DNA from: Chiloscyllium plagiosum
Taxonomy: Eukaryota
DNA: 64,000 nt
Direction of reading: 5' to 3'
Assembly: GCF_004010195.1 (NCBI RefSeq)
Contig: NC_057711.1
Span: 79,026,500-79,090,499 of the forward strand
Shown here: positions 1 to 11,283 of the stretch, in pieces
Numbering within the stretch: position 1 is the stretch's first letter
How the letters are laid out: each line of letters opens with the position of its first letter
Notes under the pieces: generated by a model
The model's database searches: none
What the model saw: the letters and a program-made list of their open reading frames with translations, nothing else
What the model was told of the DNA's origin: nothing
Program-made: the position numbers and the translations under genes

Positions 1-330
1 CTATCACCATTGTTAACAGCTAACCCGAGAATGCAACTTTAAAAAAAAAGGGTTTTGTGATTTACACATGAAAGAAGTGAAACTATTACTGTATTCTAAC
101 AGATGAAAGGCTTAACAGACAATCAATTTTTCAATGTATAATTTCGGTTACATCACACTGTAAACTTCTGCTATAAATTCTGTGTTACGATCGAGCCCTC
201 CACTATCACCTGATGAAGGAGCGTTGCTCCGAAAGCTAGTATGCTTCCAATTAAACCTGTTGGACTATAACTTGGTGTTGTGTGATTTTTAACTTTGTAC
301 ACCCCAGTCCAACACCGGCATCTCCAAATC
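1..330 (+). mobile_element. Penelope-like element, 3' pseudo-LTR region (family B), cut by window start
   Basis: Same terminal sequence (taaattctgtgt..ctgatgaaggagc..aaacctgttggactataac..ccagtccaacacc) follows the GIY-YIG fragment at 34330-35258 and recurs at 21400-21468. Confidence 0.75.
207..241 (+). ncRNA. Minimal type-I hammerhead ribozyme motif (family B)
   Basis: CUGAUGA (210-216), extra A, stem II GGAGC-GUU-GCUCC, GAAA (231-234), palindromic AGCU stem III, predicted CUA cleavage triplet; stem I weak in this copy. Confidence 0.6.
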
Positions 331-599
331 TTCGCAGCTGGACAATGAGTGAAGGGCAGGAGACTACAAAGTGTCTTCACACACAAAACAGAGACAGGGA
401 CAACCAACTGAATAATGAAACTCAAGGGTATGTTAATTATTAAAACTGTTTACATACCATGGATTTTGAAATAAACTTTTGACATGAAACTGTTTTCTAA
501 ATAAATGGGGGATATAACATGGTATCTGAAGTCTTTGCATTAGATATAATCTGATATAACAAATTGTACAGGTTTTCCGGCTATCGTCTGCATTTGAGA

Positions 600-1925
600 T
601 TTATACACGTTTCTCCTTCTGACCCTCCAAATGTGATGCGCAGAGCTCCCTTGCTCCACAGCTGGAGTGAGGGATCCTATTGGTTATGGAGATTTGATCG
701 GTTGATGAGAGGATGTTTGTATCTGAATGGCCAGACAGGCTGAGGTCCTCTTCCCCGGGGAAGCAGATCCTTCTCAGCTGCAACTTCCAATAGTCAGAGG
801 TCAGGGTAGAGGTGGAGGGAAGACTGTCAAGGGGCCTGTGTGTGGCTCTTCCTCCTGCTGGCTGCCATATGGCATTGCCCTGCCTCTTTGTAAGGACAGG
901 ATACATGAACTAGGCTCCAGGTTCCCCATCCCAACTCTTATTTTGTCTTCAGTCCTGAGGGCGACGGAGTACAAGCAGTGTCGACTCTCCAGCAGCCTCT
1001 GAGGGTGCTGAGCCTGTATCTCCATGGCAGCAGTCAGATGATTGCAGGACAGGCTGCATTGAGTTGCCTGAGTGATAACAGACAGTGAATCGATACATTA
1101 GTTGCATTGCCCCAGCATCTCGGGGACATCTTCCTGCCAAGGGCTCAGCAGGTTGCCTGGTCTCTGCACTTCTCTAGATATTAGTGGCCTGGAGTCTTCC
1201 TCTCTCACCTGTCTGTGGAGCTGTCAGTGTGGAACTCAGTGGGCAACCTCTCAGAGCCCAGTCAGATATCATTATCCGGGGGTTAGACAATGGCTCCTCC
1301 ATTATGACGGCACAATCATCCAAGGAGCTCAGGGATATTTTCTCTGTGGGAGATGGGCTGGTCCTTGTGACGAGGATCCACTGTAAGACAGAAGAGACAG
1401 ACATCTTTGCAGCCATTGGTTAGTCATAGTGTTTGATCTCTGGTTAATGTGACTGTTGCAATGGGATGACAAATTGTCACTGAATCGGGTGTTGGGGCAA
1501 AGATGTCTCCACATCAAAGCTGCAGCAGACCTTGCCTTTCCTGTAATGATATAAAAGGAGTGAATAGTAAAATGGAAGTGGATGATGGTGCAGTTAGGGC
1601 TGGAGTACGAGAGACAAAGATGTAGAGGCATTCCAAAGGAATGAAGAGTCAGCATGGAGGTGGGAATATTAGCTGTGCTGATAGCTAGTGAGGGGGTCCT
1701 GTCAGGCCATTGAGGGGGAATCACCACCAAGAGAAGTGGGGCAAGAAAAGGTCAGTGGTCAGTGGTCGGGCAGAGAGGGAATAGTTAATGGGAGGGATTT
1801 GGTGAGGATGAAAATTGTGATGGGGTGAGGGAGTGTGGAGTACCCAATGAGAATGGGGTCATGCAGAATGAAGTTGTGGGCTACAGGACAGGAGTTATTG
1901 GCAATGACCACCACAGCGACTGTCA
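600..1925 (-). pseudogene. Possible degraded Harbinger-associated Myb/SANT gene remnant or unrelated exon-like sequence
   Basis: Minus-strand acceptor ctccttttatatcattacag|GA near 1541 resembles the acceptor at 46774; second acceptor ctcttctgtcttacag at 1381 and donor CAG|gtgaga at 1208 bracket an open 172-nt segment; no recognisable domain. Confidence 0.22.
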
Positions 1926-1929
1926 CAGG

Positions 1930-2547
1930 TGTTATGGACCAGATCAGACACCCTCAAAACATTTCAAGAAGGTATACCAAACCGTAACTTTGTGAACTGC
2001 TTTACAGGTGGAAAGTAGATATTCTAGGAGAAATGTCACTGGTCAAACCACTTAGTGTTAAACCAAACGGAATTTATTTACAAAATTCCGAATGAAACAC
2101 AAACAAAAAAGGACAGAATACAGAATAACTTAATCTATCCAAAAATCCAATGGATAATCCTAACTTAATAATACTGTTCCCAATACTGGCAACAATTTCC
2201 ATAAATACCTCTTGGCATAAAAGATAAAATCAAACACAGGGTTTTACAGGAGAGAAGTCAGAGAGACAATATCAGCTTGGACCTGCTTCTTTTAGTTCAG
2301 CAGCTTCCAAACACTATTGCTAAAACCAACCCAACCCAAATCAGAGAAAAACTGAGCTGGGAGATTCCCCTTGCATTGTACAAGTGTTTTTTTAAACTTA
2401 AAAGCCTTTTGCCTGAGACAGTATCTGTTAGCAAGAATCAAATTGGCCCTGAAACGTTTCAACTTAGACTTTTCAGAGTCTGTGTCTTTTATGACCTCTC
2501 AAAAAAAAAGGACAACATATCCTTGTTAAAGGAGCAGCATCGTCAGA
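1930..2547. mobile_element. Solo LTR (probably Gypsy)
   Basis: Begins TGTTATG, ends GTCAGA (decayed ..CA); 4-bp TSD CAGG at 1926-1929 and 2548-2551. Confidence 0.65.
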
Positions 2548-3602
2548 CAGGGCACAGCACAGAGGAGCAGGATGAACAGGTGTAATATCAGAGCTCAGGA
2601 AGCAAGGAGGACATTTTGAGATGTACAGAACGTGATGGATCTCTACATTATGAGTTGCCATGGTAGTGGCAAGAAAATGACCAATTTTCACTGGCAGTAT
2701 TTCTCATATCACATTAATTAGGGTTTTCCACAGCGTGCAATGTAGATATCTAAAGATAATGCCATTAACCATTTAAATATGATGCTATGCCAGTACACCA
2801 CAATTAAATTTCAGTAGACTCAAAAGAAGATCACCTAATATTTTGATCCATTGATGACAAAACCTAACTGAGGTGAAAACAAACCCACAAACAAAACAAA
2901 CACACTGTGCAAAACATTTGAGTGAGTGAGTAAATAACTTTGTCTTTAGGTAAAAGTGGTACACAAAGCAATTTTCTCCTCATAATGAATTGAGAGGTTG
3001 CTATCGAATAACCTATTAAACACCATTTTGCTTCTTGAAGCTGAATTTATGCTATGATGAGGACGATTATGAAAAGTATTTCATATATATCATCATAAAG
3101 TCTGTGCATATCTGTTTGGCAGATAAATAAGGTGGCTCCAATGCTAAAATTTTAAATCAGTTCCACTAATGGAACAGGTCCAATTGATTAATGCAGTTCA
3201 ATAAACTTGGGAAAGCAATTCATACAAACATCTTTTGAGACCAACTTCAATAAATGCTGGTCTTCCCATTTAAAAATCTGGCAATGGTTGCATCCTCTAT
3301 TCTTTGTTTAACTTTGGTATGTTCCATTTGTCCCACAAAGGCTGAAGTAATTGATTGATTCACTGGGAGTACTTCCAGCCATCTGATCCAACAATGTCTC
3401 CCTCTTCCATAGCCTAACACCAGTTGGAATCAACAGTAAACCATATATAATACACAATTAAATATTAGTACTGATCTAGAGATCCTCAAATTGGATCTTG
3501 CCAATTACTTATGCAATCTGTTAAAGTTATCTATCCAAGAGATGCTCCTCCATTGAATAAGTATCTGTTTTCTGAAATTTATGATACACCTGACCGTGTA
3601 TC

Positions 3603-5065
3603 ATAAGAACACAAGAAATAGGAGCGGATAAGCCATCTGGCTCTTTGAGCCTGCTCCACCATTGAATAAGATCATGGCTAATCTTTTCGTGGCCTCAGCT
3701 CCACTTGCTTGCCCTCCCACCATAACCCTTAATTCCTTTACTGTTCAAAAAATGATCTATCTTAGCTTTATAAAACATTCAATGATGAAGCCTCAACTAC
3801 TTCACTGCGTAGGGAGTTCCACAGATTCACAACCCTCTGGGTGAAGAAGTTCCTTCTCAATTCAGTCCTAAATCTGCTCCCCCTAATTTTGAGGCTATGT
3901 CTTCTTTTCCAAGTTTCACCCGCCAGCGGAAACATCCCCTATACTTCAATCCTATCTATTCCCTTCATAATTTTATATGTATCTCTAAGATACCCCCACA
4001 TTCTTCTAAAGTCCAATGAATATTATCCCAGTCTACTTAGTCTCTCCTCATAAGCCAATCCCCTCAACTCTGAATCAACCCAGTGAACCTCCTCTACATT
4101 CCCTCTAGTACCAGTACATCCTTTCTCAAGTAAGGAGACCAAAACTGCATGCAGTACTCCAGATGTTGCCTTACCAGCACCTTATACAGCTGGAGCACAA
4201 CCTCTCTGCTTTTAAACTCAATCCCTTTAGCAATAAAGGACAAAATTCTATTTGCATTTTTAATTACCTGCTGCATCTGCAGATTAACCTTTTGTGATTC
4301 ATTCACAAGGACATCCAGGTCCCTCTGCAGTGTAGCATGCTGCAATATTTTACCATTGAAATAATAGTCCTTTTTACTGTTATTCCTATCAAAATAGATG
4401 ACTTGACATTTATTAACATTGTATTCCATCTGCCAGACCTTTGCCCACTCACTTAAACTATTTATGTCCCTCTGCAAAGATTCACAGTCCTCTTCACACT
4501 TTGCTCTACCACTTATCTTAGTGTCATCCACAAACTTTGACACACTACACGTAGTTCCCAACTCCAAATCATCTATATAAATTGGGAATAATTGCAGTCC
4601 CAACACTGATCCCTGAAGCACACCACGAGTCACTGATCACTAACCAGAATAGCACTCATGTATTCCAGGTCTTTGCTTCTTGTTGGTTAACCAATCCTCT
4701 ATCCATGCTAGTACATTACCTGTAAAGCCATGCATCTTTATCTTATGCAGCAGCCTTTTGTGCAGCACCTTGTTGAATGCCTTTTGGAAATCTAGATACA
4801 CCACACCTACTGGGCCTCCATTGTCTACCGTGCTCATAATGTCTTATAGAATTCTAATAGATTAGTTAAGCATGACCTGCCTTTCATGAACCCATGCTGC
4901 ATCTGTACAATGGGACAATTTCTATCTATATTTCTTGCTATCTCTTCCTTGATAATAGATTCAAGCATTTTCCCCAGTACAGAAGTTAAGCTAACCTGTC
5001 TATAATTCCTCATCTTTTGTCCATCTCCTTTTTAAACAGTGGTGTCAGATTTTCTGTTTTCCAAT
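3603..5065 (-). mobile_element. CR1 LINE, 5'-truncated RT/C-terminal part with 3' UTR
   Basis: ORFs 4640-4837 (YLDFQKAFNKV) and 4094-4633 (GVLQGSVLG, KFVDDTK, LVRQHLEYCMQFWSP); short-repeat tail at ~3603-3617. Confidence 0.95.
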
Positions 5066-5349
5066 CATAAACATTGCTTACTTTTCTTGTATGTTTGACC
5101 CAAGAACTACAAAAAAGGCCCTAAAAACTGATGAGGGCAACACATGGTGCTATTGTGAAAGTGTGAATGGCTGTCAGATAAGGGTTTGCGTTGTAGGCCT
5201 CATTGTCAAATGAAACAAGCAGATGTACAGGCCCCACTTCATGTTGTGAAAATTACCAGTCCAGGACAGTGTCATTTTGGAACACTGAATATGGAAACTG
5301 TCAGAGTTCTACATGCTCAAAAAAACTCCAGCATTCCCTCTGTTTGCAG

Positions 5350-5510
5350 CAGAATAGAGCTTACGATTGGAGGGCAGGAATATCACCTTTTATAAGAATC
5401 CTCAATTCCTTTGAGGAGGTGGTTGAAGGAGTAGGCTGCCAGAGAGGGACTGGGACTGAGACCAAAGATCACAGCAAGCCAATGAGGTTACCTCCAGTCT
5501 GCTGTTGACA
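5350..5510 (+). pseudogene. Possible second-exon remnant of a Harbinger-type Myb/SANT gene
   Basis: Acceptor ccctctgtttgcag then QNRAYDW..IRILNSFEEVVEGV, loosely like DKLVHN..NIFTNIEKQAIEL of the 46526-46773 exon. Confidence 0.25.
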
Positions 5511-5584
5511 AATGGGCATCAAGGAGTCATGTCTGGCAGAGATGTTAGAGTCCATGCTCAGATAGGTGCAACTGATAAAGTTCT

Positions 5585-8050
5585 CAGAATCATAGACTTT
5601 TATTCTACAGAAGGACGCTGTTTACCTCATTTTGTCTGCACCTGTTCTCGGAACAAGCATTATGACCTTCTCTCCATAACCTTGCACTCTATTTCTATTC
5701 CAATAACTGTGATATGCCCTCTTGAATTTCCCAGTTGAATCTGCCTCACCATATTTCCATGCAGTGCATTCCATCGAATTACTTGCTGATTTTTTTTCTC
5801 ATATTACATTTGCTTTGTTTAAAAACATTTTAAGTCTGTACTCTCTCATTCACAATCCTTTTATTAGAGGGAAGAGTTTCTTCTTGTCTACTTTGATCAG
5901 ATCCTTTTGATTTTGAAAATTCTATCAAGACTTTTCTTAGGTTTAGGAGGATTGTATACAAGTTCTGTCTGTTGGTCTAATTCCAGCAGGCAAATACTTG
6001 GCTACCTTCCTGAAAATGGTTGTGTCTGTTTTGGAGACTCAAGATACAACAGAACAGAAAGTGCCTAACAGATATATATTCAGACCTGCACCCTTTTGCA
6101 CTAACCAAGGATGTAGTTCAGCACTAAATTTGGATCCACTGGACTTATCTGGGGATGCTTTGAAAATCGTAATTAGCCCATCCATTTTCACCATATATAC
6201 CTTAGGTGTAGGTCATCAAGTCCCTAAAGTTTATCTAATAACATTTTTCTATTGTTATGAATTACTTTAATTTCTTTACTTGTATTAGCCTCTTGGTTAC
6301 CCTTAATGTTTGCCATGTAATTTATATCTTCTACCCAAAACCAGGCATAATATACAGTGGAACCTCGATTATCTGAATACCAATTATCCGAAAATCGGAT
6401 TATCTGAAGGAGGTCTCAAGGTCCCAATGGAAACATTACATCAAAGATGTGTTTCCAACAGTGATTGCGTCTTTTGTTACAGTGATTAAACAGGCACCGT
6501 CTCCAAATGACTGACCCCGCCACCCCGCCCTCTCTCTCTCCACACTTTCCCTGGAGTTCTACAGAGGGGTGTACCCTAACCCACTCCCTGCTTCCCAGGA
6601 ATAATCTCTCCAACATTGTCCTGTGCAGAGCAAATGTGCAACCTGTCAAAATGTTGCAGTGAAACGTTGTGTGTGTGGCTGTGGCTGTGTGTGCGCTATT
6701 TGGAGACTTACCCCACAAAGGCAGCTAAAGCAGCAGTGTTTTTGTAAGTGTGCAGTCCAGCTGACCCGAAGAGGGGCCAGAGTGGGAGGGAGGGGCATGG
6801 GGATCTGTTGGGGGGCAGGGGCTCGTGTGCTTTGTGCTGGGGAGCGGGGGTGGTATTGGACCGGGTTAGGGGCAGGGTTGGAAGGAGTTGGGGGCGGGGA
6901 AGTGGGGTTTGGGCCGGATCGGGTTTGGGGGGTGCAGGGTTGGACAGGGTTGCAGGTGGCGTTGGGGGTGGGGGCTCGCACGCTTTATGCTGGGGGACGG
7001 GGGCAGTGTTGGATGGGGCGGGGGCTGTTGGGGGGGGGGGCGGGCCTCGCACGCTGTGTGCTGCTGCAGTCTCCTGAACGGGGAGCAGGTTTTAAAACTC
7101 CGAGCCCCAGAGGAAAGGCATTTAATCGATTTTCCAAATAGTGCCCGCCCATCTCGTTCAGATAATGGAGTTTCCACTATATTTGTCTAATGTCTTTCCT
7201 ATTTCCTCATTTTCATGATAATGTTTCCTATCTTTGCTGCTAAGGGACTATTGTTTACTTTAGCTACTCTCCAGCTTTTCATGCACTAGTCATGGTTCTT
7301 ACATTCTGTTTTTATACTTCTGACTTGATGACTTGCATATTATTTATTTTGCATTTTATATTTTGGAGATTGTTGCTCATTTCAAAACACTCCCAGTCCT
7401 CACACTTACTACTTTTCATTGCAACGCTATCAGCTTCTTCTCTTAATTTTATACTATCCCTAACTACTCTTGCAACTTATAAATGGATCTCTCTCACTGA
7501 GTTTTTCTTTTATAATGGAGTGTATTTTTACCAAACGTTTTGAAATGCTTCTTTAAATATTTGCATTGTTTATTTGCTAAGCTTCGTTTAGTGTATTTAC
7601 TCAGTCAACTTGAGACAGCTCCTTCTCACGTGCATGTATTTGGATTTAAGCTTTAGATTTGTCAGTCTCAACCTTAAAATGGAATTCCATTGTATTGTGT
7701 CCTGTTTTTCACAGAAGATTGCTTATTATGATTACTCATAAACTCTAGCCTCTTTACACAAGATTTGATGTAAAATAGCTCTATTCCTAGTTTGTTCCAC
7801 AATGTAGTGTTCCAGGAAACGGTTGCATAAGCATTCTTCCAAAACCTGTATATCTAAGGCTAGCAGTTTCCCTCCCAAACCTGGACACATGTTACTCCTC
7901 TTTAGAAGAGCTGGGAGAGGGTCTTGTCCTTTAGCCTGTTTTCCATTGCCCTAGTTATTATTACTACTGGCCTCTGCTGCTGGCTATGGCTCCTGGAAGT
8001 TTCACCATGTACAAAAATCAAGTTCATTATCTACTCCACATGAAACTCTC
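5585..8050 (-). mobile_element. Old degraded CR1 fragments, interrupted by the MITE at 6355-7179
   Basis: Decayed CR1 3' end (gaatcataga...) at 5585-5945 and ORF2-like decayed sequence on both sides of the MITE. Confidence 0.5.
6355..7179. mobile_element. pogo/Tigger-type (Tc1-mariner) non-autonomous element, 825 bp
   Basis: TIR cagtggaacctcgattatctgaa (6355-6377) vs ttcagataatggagtttccacta (7157-7179); TA on both flanks; no transposase. Confidence 0.85.
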
Positions 8051-8727
8051 GTATCTGTGAAGGTGCTTTGAGAGATTAAGTTGTGACAATTCGTCTTCAG
8101 AAATACTCCTTTCTTTTGCATGGTCCTCCTGCATTTACAGAGGACACGTAGGAAGAGGGAAGGGATATTTATAAGGATGGTGATGAGAATACAGCTTGAT
8201 GTTGAGAAGCTTGCTGCATTTTTTGGATTTAAGTAGTATGCAGATGCCCTGTTAAGGTAAGCTGTGAGCGTCACTTTCCCTGATCCTCATGACTCTGCTC
8301 TGCCATGGCTTCTGGCTTTAAAAGGACAATTAGATAGCACTTTTGCTACTTATTTTCTTCCACTCCATAGTATTATGCGTGGTCAAGTTAAGCTGATAGA
8401 GTTATAGGTTTATTAAATATGAGAGCTGAAGAAAGCAAAAGCAGGAATGAGGCTGGGTGGATGATGAATATAAAGAGGACTGTTTATAATGTGAGTTGAG
8501 GAAGGAGTAGTGGGAAGAATTAATGATTGTTCATCTGCTAACATTTAAGAATCTAATATGATGGCAAGAGAGAAAAGAATATGGTGAGAAGAAGCGATGT
8601 TGTCCTTGTTAAAATACAACTCAGGAGTAAAAATTGTTTGGATCCCATGTTGGAATTTCCAAGGACTTTACTGCTTTTATGACAATATGGTTCAATGATT
8701 ATATTTGTTTTGTTTTCTATACTGCAG

Positions 8728-8736
8728 GACCTTCAG
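8728..8736 (+). other. Candidate 9-nt microexon (GACCTTCAG)
   Basis: tttgttttgttttctatactgcag acceptor and CAG|gtatga donor 9 nt apart. Confidence 0.2.
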
Positions 8737-10222
8737 GTATGAGAAATACATCTTATGATGCATCAATGATGGCACCTGCAATAATCTTTGCCATAGCACA
8801 CGTACTGTTGAGATAATGAACCCAGGGAGCAGAAACAGCCTTCATTTCTTTGTCTGTAGCATTAATCCCTTTTTATTGTCATAATAATAGAATTTTGAAA
8901 CAAGATAAAATAATAATTAAAATCATTCAAAATGAGTGGGGAAGTCATGGTTTTCTTTATAAAGTAATGCAGTGCTACAGTAGATACAAGGTAAGATAAT
9001 TATTCATCTTTCAGCAGAGAACAACATAATTCTAAGTTTCTTAGGAAGAATGGTATCAGAATGAGTATTTTTTTTTCGCAGCATGGCTTAAGTTATTTTG
9101 ATTGCTTTCTTAATAAACATCTGGCTTTAAGAGAAATGACTTGAATTTTCCAAAAGCTATTCAGTCAGGATTAAATGAACTTCTATCTTGAAATAATATA
9201 TCATTAGACTTGAAAGATTTATTATAGTATTTTGCCTCAATTCCATTTCTACCTGCAAAGTTAATCACTGTCCGTATTATTCAAATAGCGTAGTTTTTAA
9301 ACTGATAGTTCTTGCACATCTCAATATCCATTTCAATATATTTTAAAGCCAGGTTTTCAAGAATCATTTGGTACTTTGATAATGGCCCATAACCATGGAT
9401 TTCTTTACCCTTTGATATATCAGGTGGAATACCACATTCCAATGGAAATACAATGAAGTAGATTTATCAGATATCATTAAGTTTTCATAGTTTACATTCA
9501 GAAAATAGTGTCCATTTTCATCTGATGTTTTTCCCAATCTGAACTTGATCGATCAATCCTATTGGAAAATTAAATTTGAGATTGGAGGAAGGTGGGAGGG
9601 TTGGGATTGGATTATTTTAATGTATTTTTGTGACCTTAAAGTTTAAACATGGACTAGAGAATTATGGTGGACTTATGTTTGTGGACTTGAGGAATTCCTT
9701 TTATCTGACTCTTTGCCATCAATAGTACAGACCATGGATATATCAGTGGATTACATTTGTACAAGACTTCATTTGTGCATGAAGTTATTTACTGTTGTCG
9801 TCTAAATCTAATCACTACATAATGATGGATTAATAACAGCTAATTCAGGTAGAGGGAGTCAATTAGTGTCCCATTTTTGTTTAAGTTATTTTTTTTAACA
9901 GGGTGTAATTCAAAAAAGGTTACTGGAACAATGCTGGAGCAATGTTTTTAATGTGCAATGGAATGTTTATAAGCACAAGTCATTGAAGGTGGTAGGGCAC
10001 TATTAATAGGGGCATAAAATATGGAAGCAAGGAAGTTACACTGAACTTGTTGTACGTGAACATTTCAGCTCAGCTGGCTCATTGTGTCCAATTCTGAGTG
10101 CCAGAATTAACAATGGATGTAAAGGCATTGGAGAGAATGCAGAAAAGATTCATGAAAATGAGGGATGAGGAATGTTAGATATGAACAAAGATTGGAGAAG
10201 TCAGATAGATTGGAGGAGGTAA

Positions 10223-10413
10223 AAGCAAATTATTGGGGATGCTAGAATCTGAAACCAAAAGAGAAAATGCTGGAAAATCTCAGCAGGTCTGGCAGCATCT
10301 GTAAGGAGAGAAAAGAGCTGACGTTTCGAGTCTAACTGACTCTTTGTCAAAGCTTTGACAAAGGGTCAGTTAGTCTCGAACGATCAGCTCTTTTCTCTCC
10401 TTACAGATGCCTC
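10223..10413. mobile_element. Penelope-derived foldback mini-element (family C)
   Basis: 58-bp inverted arms 10295-10352 / 10353-10410; 16-bp TSD agattggaggaggtaa at 10207-10222 and 10414-10429. Confidence 0.85.
10316..10354 (-). ncRNA. Minimal hammerhead ribozyme with U3-A8 variant core
   Basis: Minus strand: AGCU-UUGACAA-A-GAGUC-AGUUA-GACUC-GAAA-CGUC-AGCU; 4-bp stem I, 5-bp stem II, ACGU palindrome, GUC triplet. Confidence 0.65.
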
Positions 10414-11283
10414 AGATTGGAGGAGGTAATCCTTTTGCAGACATGGGCAAACATTTGGCAGACGGAATATAACATGGGTAAACTTGTCCACTTTGGAAAG
10501 GAAGAATAGGAAAATAAATGGAGAAAGATTGCAGAAATCAGTGATACAGAGGGTTGTAGGCCTTTTGGTACATCAATCAGATGAAGTCAGTTTGCAGTAC
10601 AGTGGGTGATTAAGCACATAATGGAACTTTTTTTTGCAAGAGGAATGAGATGTAAAAGTACGAAATTTTACTGCAGCTGTACAGGTATGGTTGTGAGATC
10701 ACATCTGGGGTATTACGTTCACTGTTAGAAATCAGAAAAAACAAAGCAAGGGAGAAATTGTTAACTTTAATCTCAAAATGTGTTTTTTAGAAGAAGTCTG
10801 CTACAGGCCAAAAGAGGACAGCAGATGTAAATTCAGTTGCTGTCTGGCAAAAATCTCCTGTAGGATCCATGGAATTTCACACCTGCAGAGTTCAGGAAAA
10901 CTTCAAACAGAGACAATTAGAGACAGGCAAAAAATGCTGGCCTGCCAGTGACACCCACATTCTACAAATGACAAGCTGGTGTGTGCATTAAATCCAAGCT
11001 GTTGGTATCAATCTGCATCACAAACTACCTGTCCAGCCAACTGAGCACACTCTGCATCAGAACTAAAATCAAACCAAGAGTATGTTTGTAAGGCTGAAAT
11101 AAATAAAGAAAAGATGAACAGGGACAGAATCAATAGATATGATAACAACAGAGATTGAGTTATTGTGTGGAGTTTTGTGCAGATGGTGCCTCCTGTTACC
11201 TTATTACTTAACATCTTAAATGAGCATATTAATATTGTCATTTGAGTTTAAGTTATAGGAGCCTTAGAATTTAGAGACAAAGA

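Larger units (their letters stand above)
9890..10720 (+). mobile_element. Degraded CR1 fragments
   Basis: Decayed C-terminal motifs (cattgtgtccaattctg, ttggagagaatgcagaaaagattca, ttggcagacggaatataac). Confidence 0.65.

Noticed and set aside
6416..7190. Overlapping Gly- or Pro-rich ORFs
   Set aside because: Low-complexity G-rich interior of a MITE; open in most frames for compositional reasons.
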